A stretch of DNA of 64,000 bases, from the NCBI GenBank assembly GCA_964569425.1, contig CAZMVD010000008.1, positions 3,182 through 67,181 on the forward strand, read 5' to 3'. The DNA comes from an uncultured Phycisphaeraceae bacterium (GTDB lineage Bacteria; Planctomycetota; Phycisphaerae; UBA1845). Under the pieces are notes generated by a model, which saw only the letters and a program-made list of their open reading frames with translations, did not search any database and was not told the DNA's origin. This document shows positions 10,499-20,958 of the stretch, one piece after another; the first letter of the stretch is position 1, and each line of letters opens with the position of its first letter. Position numbers and translations under genes: made by a program.

Positions 10499-12487
10499 AT
10501 GCCGGGTGCAAAACAACCCCTCGACGCGTTGACCGCATCGAACCAAGGTGAACGCCCGCTGCGCCATTTTATCCTGGGAACCGCCGGGCACATCGACCAC
10601 GGGAAAACTTCGCTCGTTCGCGCGTTGACCGGCGTGGATACCGATCGGCTTCCCGAAGAGCAGCGCCGCGGCATGACCATCGAGCTGGGGTTCGCCGATT
10701 TCACCATCGACGATGCGCATTTCGGGATCGTCGATGTGCCCGGGCACGAACGATTTGTGCGCACCATGGTGGCCGGCGCTACGGGCATCGACGTCGCCCT
10801 GCTGGTGGTCGCCGCCGACGACTCGGTCATGCCCCAGACGCGGGAACACGTGGATATCCTCCATCTGCTGGGCATCCGCCATGCGGTCGTCGCGCTGACC
10901 AAGATCGACGCCGTGGCGCCGGACCTTGCCGAGTTGGCGGCCGAGGAGATTCGAGAGTATCTGGCCAAAACACCGCTGGCCGCGGCCGCGGTGTGCCCGG
11001 TTTCGTCGATCACCGGTGCGGGTATCGAAGCGCTCAAGCGGGAGATTCTGGCGGTGGCGCGATCCGTTGCGGAGTCGCCGGCGGTGCGGCCATTTCGCCT
11101 GGCGGTCGATCGCGTCTTCACCGTGCAGGGTCGCGGGACCGTGGTGACCGGATCAGTGCTGCGCGGCGAGGTGGCGGCGGGGGACACGCTGGAGGTGTTT
11201 CCCGGGGGGCTCACCTGCCGGGTGCGTGACTTGCAGTCGCACGGTGCCGCCTCCGCCGCGCTGCATCGCGGTCAACGCGCGGCCCTCAATCTCAGCGGGA
11301 TCGACCGCGATGCCCTGGAGCGGGGGGCGGAGTTGGCTACGCCCGGCTACCTTCAGCCGTCGCACCTGGTGGACGTGCACTTGCGCGTGCTGGCGGGGTG
11401 CGACCGGCCGTTGAAAAATGCCCGCGTCATGCGTCTGTGCATCGGCACGACGGAGCTGGCGGTGCGCGTGGTGTTGCTGGGGCAAGCGCAACTCGATCCC
11501 GGGGCCGCTGGTTTTGCGCAACTTCGCAGCGGCAGCGCCATTCCGTCAGCGTACGGGCAGCGCTTCATACTGCGTGACGAAAACGCCGCGCACACCATCG
11601 GCGGGGGTGTCGTGTTGCGCCCGGTGGCGCACCGCCGGAGGCTCGCCCACGAATCCGAGGTCCAATCGCTGGAAACGCTGTTCGACGGCACGGCCGACCA
11701 GCGGGTGGAACAGGTGCTGCGGGCATCGGGCTTCACAACGCCCAGTGACTTGCAGGTGTGCCTTCGATCGGGGGTCGAAGTGGCGGAATTGCCTGCCGTG
11801 TACGCGCGATTGCGTCAGGAGGGAAGGCTTGTCCGCGTCTCCGACACCGAACGTTGCATGGTTCCTGCGGCACTCGACGACCTGGCCCACCGCCTGGCCG
11901 GATGGCTGGAGCGATTTCACCGCGCGCACCCCGACCTGCCCGGCCGGCCCCTCGATGCCGTGCTCGGCTGGATCGGCCGGATGACCGACCGCCCGCTGGC
12001 CCGCCCGTTGTTCGATCGGCTGGTTTCCAATGGCACGCTGAAACTGATGGGGCGGTTCGTGTGCCTGCCGGCGTTCGCTCCGGCGCTGTCGGCGGCAGAC
12101 GAGAAATTGCTGGCGGGGATTCTTAGCGCGGTACGGGGGGGTGGGTTCCAGCCGCCTATCCTGGACGAATGGCCGCTGCCCGGCGCGCCGGACCGCAAGC
12201 GCCGCGAGCGTCTGGCTACGCTGGCGGTGGCGCTGGGGGAACTGGTGCTGATCGAGCCTGGCATGTTTCTGTCTGCGGAGGGCGAATCGCAACTCCGGCA
12301 GAAGGTGCGCGACCTGATCGCCGCCTGTCCGGAGGGTGTTACGGTGGCGCAGGTGCGCGAAGCGCTGAACTCCAGCCGCAAGTACGTCGTACCGTTCCTG
12401 GAGCATCTCGACCGCGTCGGGTTTACCCTTCGCGCGGGCGATCGACGTGTGCTCGCCAACCGCGTAGACGAGCCGCCAGAAGCTTAA
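10499..12487 (+). CDS. selB: Selenocysteine-specific translation elongation factor
   Basis: [33 protein letters not shown]-terminal winged-helix [19 protein letters not shown]-binding region. Confidence 0.95.
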   Translation: MPGAKQPLDALTASNQGERPLRHFILGTAGHIDHGKTSLVRALTGVDTDRLPEEQRRGMTIELGFADFTIDDAHFGIVDVPGHERFVRTMVAGATGIDVALLVVAADDSVMPQTREHVDILHLLGIRHAVVALTKIDAVAPDLAELAAEEIREYLAKTPLAAAAVCPVSSITGAGIEALKREILAVARSVAESPAVRPFRLAVDRVFTVQGRGTVVTGSVLRGEVAAGDTLEVFPGGLTCRVRDLQSHGAASAALHRGQRAALNLSGIDRDALERGAELATPGYLQPSHLVDVHLRVLAGCDRPLKNARVMRLCIGTTELAVRVVLLGQAQLDPGAAGFAQLRSGSAIPSAYGQRFILRDENAAHTIGGGVVLRPVAHRRRLAHESEVQSLETLFDGTADQRVEQVLRASGFTTPSDLQVCLRSGVEVAELPAVYARLRQEGRLVRVSDTERCMVPAALDDLAHRLAGWLERFHRAHPDLPGRPLDAVLGWIGRMTDRPLARPLFDRLVSNGTLKLMGRFVCLPAFAPALSAADEKLLAGILSAVRGGGFQPPILDEWPLPGAPDRKRRERLATLAVALGELVLIEPGMFLSAEGESQLRQKVRDLIAACPEGVTVAQVREALNSSRKYVVPFLEHLDRVGFTLRAGDRRVLANRVDEPPEA

Positions 12488-12676
12488 TTGGGGCAGCGCG
12501 GGGCGGCTGTCCGTATTATGCTGCCCTGGTCCAATGGTCCCGGCCGACGTAAATCGGTATGCTTTCCGGTTTCGGGGCGCGCATTGCGCGAGAAGCGAGA
12601 ACCGCGGCGGCACGGGTCGGCGTTGTTATGGTCTGGTCACCTATTGTTTGAGCGGGCGAGTGCGAATTGGAACAGC

Positions 12677-13426
12677 ATGACCGAACCACCGCTTGATCCG
12701 CGCGTCGTGCTGGGCCTGTCGCCCGGGCAGCTTCCGCGGCACATCGCCATCATCATGGATGGCAACGGGCGTTGGGCGAAGCAGCGCGGGTGGCCGAGGA
12801 TTCGCGGCCACGAGGAGGGGGCCAAGGCGGTGCGGCGCATCGTCACCCATTGCGCCCGGCTGGGAATCAACGCGCTCACGCTCTACAGCTTCAGCACGGA
12901 GAACTGGAAACGTCCCGCCGACGAGGTGGGATTCCTCATGGACCTGTACGTGCGGTACCTGATCGGCGAGCGCGAGACGATCATGAACAACGACGTGCGG
13001 TTCGTGCACGTGGGGAAACGTGCGGGGCTGCCACCGCGGGTGCTGGAGGAGATGGACCGTACCGTGGCGGAAAGCCGCCACAATCCCGGGCTGACGCTGT
13101 GCCTGGCGCTGAATTACGGTTCGCGGGATGAGATCGTCGAGGGCGTGCGGCGGATTGCGCGCGAGGTGAGCGCGGGAAAGCTGGCGCCGGACGCGATCGA
13201 CGAGGCCCGGATTTCGGCGTCGCTGTTTACCGCCGGGCTGCCCGATCCGGACCTGCTCATCCGCACGGCCAACGAGCGCCGGGTGAGTAATTTTCTGCTC
13301 TGGCAGATCAGCTACGCGGAGATCCACGTGTGCCCGGCGTTGTGGCCGGACTTCGGCGAGGCCGAGCTGCACGCGGCCATTCGCGATTTCGCGGGCCGCG
13401 AGCGGCGGTTCGGGGGGGTCCAATAG
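12677..13426 (+). CDS. uppS: Undecaprenyl diphosphate synthase (cis-prenyltransferase)
   Basis: HIAIIMDGNGRWA, FSTENWKRP..EV, LNYGSRDEI, PDLLIRT, RVSNFLLWQ, RRFGG. Confidence 0.96.
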   Translation: MTEPPLDPRVVLGLSPGQLPRHIAIIMDGNGRWAKQRGWPRIRGHEEGAKAVRRIVTHCARLGINALTLYSFSTENWKRPADEVGFLMDLYVRYLIGERETIMNNDVRFVHVGKRAGLPPRVLEEMDRTVAESRHNPGLTLCLALNYGSRDEIVEGVRRIAREVSAGKLAPDAIDEARISASLFTAGLPDPDLLIRTANERRVSNFLLWQISYAEIHVCPALWPDFGEAELHAAIRDFAGRERRFGGVQ

Positions 13427-13619
13427 AAGTTGGTTTGACATCCGTACCCAAGGGTATTCTGATGTTCAGCCAGGGCGTAGCGGGCCGTTCAATGTACCGC
13501 CGTTGCCCCAGGGGTCACCGAGCCGTCGCCGAACGGCGGGCCGGCCGGGCAATGTCAAGCGGTGGCAACCACCGGACCCTCCGAAGTTCCGGTTCCGGCG
13601 CGGCGGTGGGAGCGTATCG

Positions 13620-13919
13620 ATGGTGCTCGACGTATCGGCCGTAGCGACCCTGGTTAAACGGGACGCCGTCCAACTGAAGGGGATGGGTGTCCGTCGCCTG
13701 GCGTTGTTCGGTTCGTGCGTTCGCGGAGGTCTGCGCGGTGACAGTGATCTCGATTTTCTGGTAGACCTGCATCCCAAGACTTTCGACAACTACATGGATG
13801 TCAAGGAAGCGCTGGAATCGAGATTAGGGCGGCGCGTAGACCTGGTGCTGTTCAGTGCCATCAAGCCCGCCTTGCGCGCCGCGATCTTGCAGGAGGCGGT
13901 CGATGTCGCGCTCGACTGA
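13620..13919 (+). CDS. Minimal nucleotidyltransferase antitoxin (MntA-like)
   Basis: LFGSCVRGGLRGDSDLDFLV matches GS-X10-DXD; LGRRVDLV; about 99 aa. Confidence 0.88.
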   Translation: MVLDVSAVATLVKRDAVQLKGMGVRRLALFGSCVRGGLRGDSDLDFLVDLHPKTFDNYMDVKEALESRLGRRVDLVLFSAIKPALRAAILQEAVDVALD

Positions 13920-14256
13920 AGTCTATCTTCGCGATATCCTGGAAGCCTGCGGGAAGGTCAGACAATACGTTGACGGGCTGAGTTTCAGCACATTTGTCGC
14001 CGATGGTCGAACGGTGGACGCCGTGGTGCGCAATCTCGAGATCATCGGTGAAGCGGCGAAGTGCATTCCGAGCGACGAGAGGCACAGAAACCCGAATGTT
14101 CAATGGAAGCGCCTGGCGGGACTTCGCGATATTCTCATTCATCAGTATTTCGGCGTGGATGTGGAGTTGATCTGGAACCTCGCGCAGGAGAAACTGCCGC
14201 ACCTGGAACGGGAAATTGCCGCAATGCTGGGCCGCGGAAGCGCATCAGAACGATAG
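13903..14256 (+). CDS. HEPN (DUF86, HepT-like) RNase toxin
   Basis: DAVVRNLEIIGEAAK and RDILIHQY (RX4HXY); overlaps the MNT gene. Confidence 0.9.
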   Translation: MSRSTEVYLRDILEACGKVRQYVDGLSFSTFVADGRTVDAVVRNLEIIGEAAKCIPSDERHRNPNVQWKRLAGLRDILIHQYFGVDVELIWNLAQEKLPHLEREIAAMLGRGSASER

Positions 14257-14346
14257 GCCGCAGCCATCGGAAGCGGGGTTGCGTACGCGATAGAAGACCA
14301 ACAGAAATCCAGGTCGGGTTGCCGACCGCTTGAAGAGAGTATTCCC

Positions 14347-15126
14347 ATGAATCTACTCGCCGGCCGCAAAGGGCTCGTATTCGGCATCGCCAACGACCGC
14401 AGCATCGCCTGCCACATCGCCAAGGCGGTTTTGGGGCAGGGGGCGGCGTGCGGCTTTCCTTACCTTCCGGGCGAAAAAAACGAACGCCGGGTGAGCAAGG
14501 CGCTCGAGGAAATCGGCGTCACCGATCCGTGGCTGCTGCCGTGCGACGTAGCCAAGGACGTCGACCTCGACGCCACCTTCGCCGCAGCCAAGGAGCGCTT
14601 CGACACCCTCGACTTCGTGGTCCATTCACTGGCCTACGCCGATCGCGCCTATCTCAAACCCGGTCTGTTCGTGGAGACGCCGCGCGAGGTGTACACCCAA
14701 GCGCTGGATATTTCCGCCTATTCGCTGGTCGCCATCGCCAAGCGCGCCAAACCGCTGATGACCCGCGGCGGCTCGATCCTGGCCATGACCTATTACGGCA
14801 GCGAAAAGGCCGTGCCGGGGTACAACGTGATGGGCGTCGCCAAAGCAGCGCTGGAGGCGTGCACGCGCTACCTGGCGTTGGAGCTGGGCGAGTTCGGCAT
14901 CCGCGTGAACACCATCAGCGCGGGACCGATCAAGACACTCTCGGCCATGGCCGTCGGCGGCATCGACGAGATCTTTGAGTGGGTCCAGAAGAAGGCCCCG
15001 CTGCGCCGCAACATCGACGCGGGCGAAGTCGGCCGCACGGCCGTCTACCTGGCGAGCGACCTATCCAGCGGTGTCACCGGAGAGAACATCTTCGTGGACG
15101 CGGGCTATCGGATTGTGGGGCTGTAG
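14347..15126 (+). CDS. fabI: Enoyl-ACP reductase
   Basis: GIANDRSIA, DISAYSL, YNVMGVAKAALE, RVNTISAGPIKTL. Confidence 0.95.
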   Translation: MNLLAGRKGLVFGIANDRSIACHIAKAVLGQGAACGFPYLPGEKNERRVSKALEEIGVTDPWLLPCDVAKDVDLDATFAAAKERFDTLDFVVHSLAYADRAYLKPGLFVETPREVYTQALDISAYSLVAIAKRAKPLMTRGGSILAMTYYGSEKAVPGYNVMGVAKAALEACTRYLALELGEFGIRVNTISAGPIKTLSAMAVGGIDEIFEWVQKKAPLRRNIDAGEVGRTAVYLASDLSSGVTGENIFVDAGYRIVGL

Positions 15127-15478
15127 GGAATCAATCCGCCTTGACCGATCGCATGGCGGCGTAGCTCAAAGCGGACTCTTAGCCTCAGGTTGTTTTGCAC
15201 TGCCGCAATCAGGTTTGGCGCTACCCAGAACCGGCAAGGACGCGCCGCGACCACCGATGCCGTCCCCCGCCAACTTGCTGGCCCTTCCTGAGCGCGTCCG
15301 ACCTTCGCCCACGAAACTCAGCCGACCTCGCCCCCCGTCGAGAGTAAACCAGCCCGAGCGCCCGCAACGTCGAACCCACCCGCCGCAATCGGCCAAGCCG
15401 CCGACGGCTACGCTGGCAGCCGGCGACGAAGCTCACCAGAGACTTATCGGTCCCGTTCAGGTTTCCCGGATGTGTGCC

Positions 15479-15506
15479 AAAAGACCCGCCGCCAGCGTGC
15501 CGATAA
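15479..15506 (+). promoter_or_regulatory. Possible sigma-28 (FliA-type) promoter of the FG-GAP lipoprotein gene
   Basis: Perfect GCCGATAA -10 at 15499-15506 with AAAAG upstream at roughly canonical spacing. Confidence 0.4.
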
Positions 15507-15572
15507 CCCAGCGGTATCCGCAAAGGGTCGGCGCTAGAGGGTCGGCTCAGGTCCACACTGAGGAAATAGCTC

Positions 15573-17090
15573 ATGAATGCTTCTCGCTCCAAAGGCGGAT
15601 GGCTGGTGGTTTCGGCAATGCTCACGTTGGGGCTGGGCGTGCCCGGCAGCGGTTGTGCCGGCGGCGGCTTCGCCGGCGTTATCGTGGACCGTGACGATTT
15701 TCTCAGTTCCGGAAGAACGCGGAGTTTTTTCCGCGCGATCCAGGTCGATCCTCCCAGCGAGGACTCGGCTGGACCGCAGTTCGTGGTGGCCGCCGATCTC
15801 AACGGCGATGGTCGAATGGACCTGATCTCGGCGTGGAATCAGTCACAGCCGGTTCAGGTTCACTTGCAGGGGCGCACTGCGACGGGAGGCATGAGTTTCG
15901 AAACCGTCACCATCGCCGGAAGCGTGCCCGTGGTTTCCGTAGCTGGGTTGGGGGTCGCCGACATCGACGGCGATGGTGTGCAGGATATTGTCGTGCTCGT
16001 GAAGCAGGCGCTGCTTGATGGCCCGGAATGCCTGAGCGAGGAACGTCCCGTCGAGGGTCTGGGCGGCATCATTCTGGTTTACTTCGGCCCGAGCGACGTC
16101 AGCCTGATGAACCGCGCATTGGCCTGGCAAGAAGTCCGGGTGGGCAATTCCTTCCTCCAGGGAACGGGTGAAATCTCCGCGTCGCCGGAGGTTGGCGGAT
16201 TCACCAGCATGGTTCTGGGGGACATGAACAACGACGGCAATGTTGACATCGTCGCCGCCTGGAACTCATCCTGTGGCGAGGGCGGCACGCAGGCGGCGGT
16301 GCTCTTCACCAATCAAGGCCGGGGCCCCGCACGCGATGGTACCTGGTCGGCCGCTGTAATCCCCGACGCGCTGCCGAAGGGTACGGCGATCAAGAGCGTG
16401 GCATTGGGCGATATCGACGGCGACGGCGATCTCGACGTGGTGGCAACCTATCCCGATGCGCCCACCGGCAACGTACGCTGGTATCGCAATCCGACGCTTG
16501 ATGTTCCCGATGATTACCACTTTTCCGACGGCAACTGGCAAACAGGGACCATCGGCCAGATCGCTACGGGCGCCGATATCGCCCGCGTGGCCGATATCGA
16601 TGGTGACGGCCTGCTCGACGTCGTCGTGCGTTCCAGTGGAGGCCGGGTCATTCAGTGGTTCCGCGGACCCGCCGGAGCGACGACAGCGCCGCTGCGGGCA
16701 TTGCCATGGCAGGTCTTCACCCTGGCCGAGTACCGCGAGCGAACGCCCTCGGCGCTGGCACTGGGCGATCTGACGGGCAACGGGCGACTCGAGGCCGTCG
16801 CGGCAGCGGAGGGTGGATTGTCCTGGTTCGGCGCCGCCAGCGCGACCAACCCGTATAGTCAGTGGACCGAGACGCTGATCGTCGACGACGCCCAGGGCGG
16901 CACCGGCGCCGCTGCGACCACCGACCCCAACGTGGCTGCCGAGGAAATCGCCGACACTTCGATCATGAACGGCATCACGATCGTGGACCTCGATGGCGAC
17001 GGGCGCAACGACATCGTGGTCACGCTCGACCGCAACAGTTTGAGCGGGCTGACCAACGACGCCATCGTGTGGTTCCGCAACGAACGGTAG
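15573..17090 (+). CDS. FG-GAP/VCBS repeat beta-propeller protein, probable lipoprotein
   Basis: Seven DxDGDG-x-xD-like repeats; signal peptide ending PGSGC. Confidence 0.85.
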   Translation: MNASRSKGGWLVVSAMLTLGLGVPGSGCAGGGFAGVIVDRDDFLSSGRTRSFFRAIQVDPPSEDSAGPQFVVAADLNGDGRMDLISAWNQSQPVQVHLQGRTATGGMSFETVTIAGSVPVVSVAGLGVADIDGDGVQDIVVLVKQALLDGPECLSEERPVEGLGGIILVYFGPSDVSLMNRALAWQEVRVGNSFLQGTGEISASPEVGGFTSMVLGDMNNDGNVDIVAAWNSSCGEGGTQAAVLFTNQGRGPARDGTWSAAVIPDALPKGTAIKSVALGDIDGDGDLDVVATYPDAPTGNVRWYRNPTLDVPDDYHFSDGNWQTGTIGQIATGADIARVADIDGDGLLDVVVRSSGGRVIQWFRGPAGATTAPLRALPWQVFTLAEYRERTPSALALGDLTGNGRLEAVAAAEGGLSWFGAASATNPYSQWTETLIVDDAQGGTGAAATTDPNVAAEEIADTSIMNGITIVDLDGDGRNDIVVTLDRNSLSGLTNDAIVWFRNER

Positions 17091-17124
17091 CGTCCTTAAT
17101 CCCGGGTCATCCGGTTCTTGAACG

Positions 17125-17173
17125 GCGGCGAATGCGCGCGATGCTCGCGCCATTCGCTGCTCTCTTTTTTTTT
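17125..17173 (+). terminator. Rho-independent terminator
   Basis: Long hairpin GCGGCGAATG-C-GCGCGA-TGC-TCGCGC-CATTCGCTGC followed by TCTC and T9, between convergent genes. Confidence 0.8.
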
Positions 17174-17194
17174 AGAACGCACCTCGCGGAAAGC

Positions 17195-17668
17195 CTATTT
17201 TTTTCCGAGGTCACGTTGCGCCTGGAAGAAACTCCGGAGCAGGTGCGCGCACTCGTCGGCGAGTACCCCGCCGCACATTTCCACCCGATGGTTCAGACGT
17301 GGATCGATGGGTATCGAAAAAAGCGATTCACAGGCCCCGGCCTTGGGGTCGCTGGCCCCAAAGACCAACCTGGGCAGCCGGGCCTGAACGACCGCGCCCG
17401 CGCACATTACGCACGGTTCCAGGGTCACATACAGCGTACAGCCTTCCAGCCGCCAGCTTCCCAACTCGGCCGCGGCTGCGGTGAGTGCAATCATTTCGGC
17501 GTGCGCCGTGGGATCCTGCAAGACTTCCCGTTGATTGTGCCCGCGACCAATGATGCCCCCGTCGTATGCCACCACCGCCCCCACCGGCACGTCGCCCGCG
17601 TCGAGCGCAGCTTGTGCCTCGCCGAGCGCTGCGCGCATGAATCGTTCATCATCCGACGGAAGTGTCAC
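17195..17668 (-). CDS. tadA: tRNA adenosine(34) deaminase
   Basis: [34 protein letters not shown]; start approximate. Confidence 0.93.
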   Translation of the reverse strand: MTLPSDDERFMRAALGEAQAALDAGDVPVGAVVAYDGGIIGRGHNQREVLQDPTAHAEMIALTAAAAELGSWRLEGCTLYVTLEPCVMCAGAVVQARLPRLVFGASDPKAGACESLFSIPIDPRLNHRVEMCGGVLADECAHLLRSFFQAQRDLGKK

Positions 17669-17673
17669 GGGTG

Positions 17674-18153
17674 TTACACCTCGGCCAGGAATTGAATGCG
17701 CCGTTGCAGCTCGTCCCGTGGGCCGGACCAATCAAGGGCCGCGAGTCCTTCGATCTTGCGCCGCAGACTCTCCGCCACGCGCAGCGTGAACTCGATACGT
17801 TGATCGTCACTGCCTGGAAAGTACGCGGGATCGGGAACGGACCAGTGGACGTGAATAGGCTGGCCCGGGAACACCGGGCAGTTCTCGTGAGCGGCGGCGT
17901 CGCAAAGCGTGATCACCGCGTCAAAGCCGGATTCTGCATACTCGTCCCAACCCTTCGAACGTTGACCCTCCAGGGATACGCCCAGTTGCCGCATGGCCTC
18001 TATAGCCAGTTCGTGGATGAACCCCGCAGGACGCGCCCCCGCGCTGAACGCCTCCAGCCGCGCGCCGCCGACGTGCCGCGCAATGGCTTCCGCCATCTGC
18101 GAGCGGCAGGCATTGGCGGTGCACAGAAACAGGATGCGAGGACGCGGCGGCAT
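17674..18153 (-). CDS. arsC: Thioredoxin-coupled arsenate reductase (LMWP family)
   Basis: [17 protein letters not shown]-loop; ITLCD...CPVFPG; HWSVPDP. Confidence 0.85.
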   Translation of the reverse strand: MPPRPRILFLCTANACRSQMAEAIARHVGGARLEAFSAGARPAGFIHELAIEAMRQLGVSLEGQRSKGWDEYAESGFDAVITLCDAAAHENCPVFPGQPIHVHWSVPDPAYFPGSDDQRIEFTLRVAESLRRKIEGLAALDWSGPRDELQRRIQFLAEV

Positions 18154-18301
18154 AAGACCCCTGCTAATCAGACCTAATGCAAGGGTTATAGCGGGAAACC
18201 GCGCAAGAGCCAACGAACCGCCGGACGTTCCATTCCCCGTGGAGGTTGAAGGTGCGCCACGTCCGGCGAATGAGCGCGACCGTTGCTCCTACCTTGTCCG
18301 A

Positions 18302-20140
18302 CTATCGGCAAACGCCCTGCTGCCGCAAGGCCACTGCGCGATCAGAGCAGACTGTGTCCCACGCCACGTTGCAGCAATCCGGGTCGTCCACGCACACCGC
18401 GTTGCAGCAGGCTTCCAGGTTGCAGCCGGGCGTGGTACGTGCCGAGAAGCAGCTTCCCGTACCGTTTACGCACGCGGCGAACAAACCGCATTCGAACCCC
18501 ACGCTCTCCACGCAGAAATCGTCCCACTCGCTCAGGCAGCAGAAGGGATCCTGCGTGCAGACGGCCTGGCACACGGTATCGGTCGCATCAGGAGTGGTTG
18601 CGCAATTCAGATCGTTGCAGCCGGGATTGGTGTGGGCGGACAGGCAGCTTCCCGCACCGGACGCACTGCACGTCGGAAAGCCGTTGACGATGCCGTCCGC
18701 CTTCTCGCCGCAGACGTCATCCCATTCGCTGTCGCAACAGAACAGGTCCACGGCGCATACCTGTTGACATGTGCTCTGGGTTTCACAGCCCGGCTGTGCG
18801 TGCGCGGCAAAGCAGTCTCCGCTGCCGTTGATGCAGGCGTTGGTTCCGCGAGTCGGATCACTCGAACAGAAAACGCTCAGCCGGCCGAGGCCCGTTACCC
18901 CTTCAAAGCCGCCCACCCGAATCATGTAGGACTGTCCCGCGGTCGCCGAAAAGGTCGTGCGCGAGTCTGTTCCCGTCCCGCAGTCGTCGTCGCTGCACGC
19001 CAATGGCTGCGCACTCGGGCACCCGCAACCGTTATAGACCATCACTTTGGTGTCGAAACTGCTGCCGCACAGGCTGACCACCACTTCTTCCGTGCAGGTG
19101 GCCGTGTAACAGTACCAGATGTCCGCGTCGACCTGCGTGTAGCCTTGCACCACACAGTGACCGGGCTGATCGGGACCGTCAGTGGTTGCCCCCGTGTTGG
19201 TAAAGGAGCGTGAAGTCTCGCCGATCGCCGTGGGGTTGGCGCAGTTGTTGTTGGCCAGCGCGCCGCCGATCGTGTTCTGACAGTTGGCGTCGCACTGCGA
19301 CGTGTTCGGCGGCTCGCACTGTTCGCCGGTCTCCACCGTGCCGTTGCCGCACACCGGTCCCGTCGGGATCCCACCGCCCCCGCCCGTGGGACACCCGGCG
19401 GCATCGACCACCGTTCCGGCGGGGGTGACCGGGCACTCGTCAAGGTCATCGGTCACGCCGTCGCCGTCGGCATCGCGCTGACTGGCCGCACAGCCCTCGG
19501 CATCCACGGCGGCCCCTGCCGGTGTATTCGGACACTGATCGTCGTCATCGAACACGCCGTCCGCGTCTGCATCCTCCAGCGGGCAGCCGTTGGCGTCGAC
19601 CTCCGTTCCTTCTGGAGTGGCGGGGCACTGGTCAATGTCATCGTTGACGCCGTCGCCGTCGGAATCGGGCGTGCCTGGGGCGCTGACCGGGCAACCCACG
19701 TCATCCACTGTAACTGTTGCCGGTGTGCGCGGACATTGATCCAGGTCATCTGTGACGCCGTCGTTGTCAGTGTCTCGCTGGCTGGCAGCGCAGCCGTTAC
19801 TGTCCACCGCCGCGCCCGCAGGAGTGTTCGGACATTGGTCCACATCGTCGCCCACGCCGTCCTCATCGGCATCGGGTGACCCAGGTGCGCTGATCGGGCA
19901 GCCCACTTCATTGACCGTGGTGTTCGGTGGCGTGGCGGGGCACTCGTCGATCTCGTCGCGCACCCCGTCGCCGTCGGTATCGGTGGGCGCAGGCGGCGGC
20001 GGATCGTTGTCGTTGCCGTTCGTGTTGGTATTGCCGTTGTTGTTTCCCGCGGGAGGGGGGCAGCCGACCGCGAAAAGACAAACCGCTACCGCCAGCGCCG
20101 AAACGATCAAGCGTGTGCTGTGAATCCCGTGGACAATCAT
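18302..20140 (-). CDS. Cys-rich lipoprotein with thrombospondin type-3 repeats
   Basis: Lipobox AVGC; six DxDxDGVxDxxDxCP repeats; CGNGTVETGEQC; three C-terminal CC-x3-WD-x2-C repeats; GAGG RBS upstream. Confidence 0.85.
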   Translation of the reverse strand: MIVHGIHSTRLIVSALAVAVCLFAVGCPPPAGNNNGNTNTNGNDNDPPPPAPTDTDGDGVRDEIDECPATPPNTTVNEVGCPISAPGSPDADEDGVGDDVDQCPNTPAGAAVDSNGCAASQRDTDNDGVTDDLDQCPRTPATVTVDDVGCPVSAPGTPDSDGDGVNDDIDQCPATPEGTEVDANGCPLEDADADGVFDDDDQCPNTPAGAAVDAEGCAASQRDADGDGVTDDLDECPVTPAGTVVDAAGCPTGGGGGIPTGPVCGNGTVETGEQCEPPNTSQCDANCQNTIGGALANNNCANPTAIGETSRSFTNTGATTDGPDQPGHCVVQGYTQVDADIWYCYTATCTEEVVVSLCGSSFDTKVMVYNGCGCPSAQPLACSDDDCGTGTDSRTTFSATAGQSYMIRVGGFEGVTGLGRLSVFCSSDPTRGTNACINGSGDCFAAHAQPGCETQSTCQQVCAVDLFCCDSEWDDVCGEKADGIVNGFPTCSASGAGSCLSAHTNPGCNDLNCATTPDATDTVCQAVCTQDPFCCLSEWDDFCVESVGFECGLFAACVNGTGSCFSARTTPGCNLEACCNAVCVDDPDCCNVAWDTVCSDRAVALRQQGVCR

Positions 20141-20429
20141 GTGGTTCCTCCCCCTGGACCATCCCCGGCGCGCGACCGGATCCCATGCGTCCTGTAGTCC
20201 CGCCTGTCGAAAAGGGAGCTTGCCGTCGCGGGGGCCACACAAGGGGATCGTCTGACCCACTTTATGCGGCACCCAGGTTTCAAGGCAAGGGCGCCGTCGT
20301 GAGCGCCGCTTATCGGAGGAAGGCGCCGCCGAGCCTGTCCGGGGCTTGAATCCGCGTGGCGATACCTATAGCGTAGGGGTTTAGGCGCAACGGACAGGGG
20401 CAGAAAGCCGTCCTCGGCAAGGATACACC

Positions 20430-20918
20430 ATGGAGCGGACCATTCGCGTAGGTGTGGGCTACGATATTCACCGCCTGGTGGAAAACCGCCGACTGATTAT
20501 CGGGGGAATGGAGATCCCCCACGCCAAGGGTCTGATCGGACACAGCGATGCCGACGTCGTCTTGCACGCCGTGTCCGACGCCCTGCTCGGGGCCGCCGGT
20601 TTGCCCGATATCGGTGATCTATTCCCCGACGATGACCCGAAATTCAAGGACGCCGACAGCCGAAAATTGCTCGGTGAAGTAGTCGCCAAGGTTCACGAGA
20701 AAGGCTTTCGGGTGGGCAACCTGGACGTTATCGTCCACGCCGAAGCGCCGAAACTCTCGCCCTATAAGCGGCAAATGGCGGAACGCATTGCCGCCCTCGT
20801 GGAGCTGGCGCCCGATGCGGTTAGCGTCAAAGCCAAGACCAACGAGGGGCTGGGCCCGTTGGGGCATGCCGATGCCATCGCTTGCACCGCCGTAGCACTG
20901 GTCTACATGCAACGCTGA
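20430..20918 (+). CDS. ispF: 2-C-methyl-D-erythritol 2,4-cyclodiphosphate synthase
   Basis: RVGVGYDIHRL, GHSDADVVLHA..DALLGA, DIG..F, KAKTNEGLG. Confidence 0.96.
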   Translation: MERTIRVGVGYDIHRLVENRRLIIGGMEIPHAKGLIGHSDADVVLHAVSDALLGAAGLPDIGDLFPDDDPKFKDADSRKLLGEVVAKVHEKGFRVGNLDVIVHAEAPKLSPYKRQMAERIAALVELAPDAVSVKAKTNEGLGPLGHADAIACTAVALVYMQR

Positions 20919-20958
20919 TTGCCGCGCTGCCCGGCCGCCACGATCAAGGAACTGCCGT

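Noticed and set aside
13435..13463. TTGACA promoter upstream of the TA pair
   Set aside because: The -10 candidates are poorly spaced or weak (TATTCT at 14 nt, TCTGAT at 17 nt), so it is not called.
15155..15230. GGCGGCGTAGCTCA resembles a tRNA 5' end
   Set aside because: There is no T-arm (GTTCGA), no anticodon stem and no complementary acceptor stem downstream.
20141..20260. c-di-GMP-I-like fragments (GGCAAG...GACGCA) upstream of the TSP3 gene on the minus strand
   Set aside because: The GAAA tetraloop/receptor and P1 pairing of the consensus are missing.
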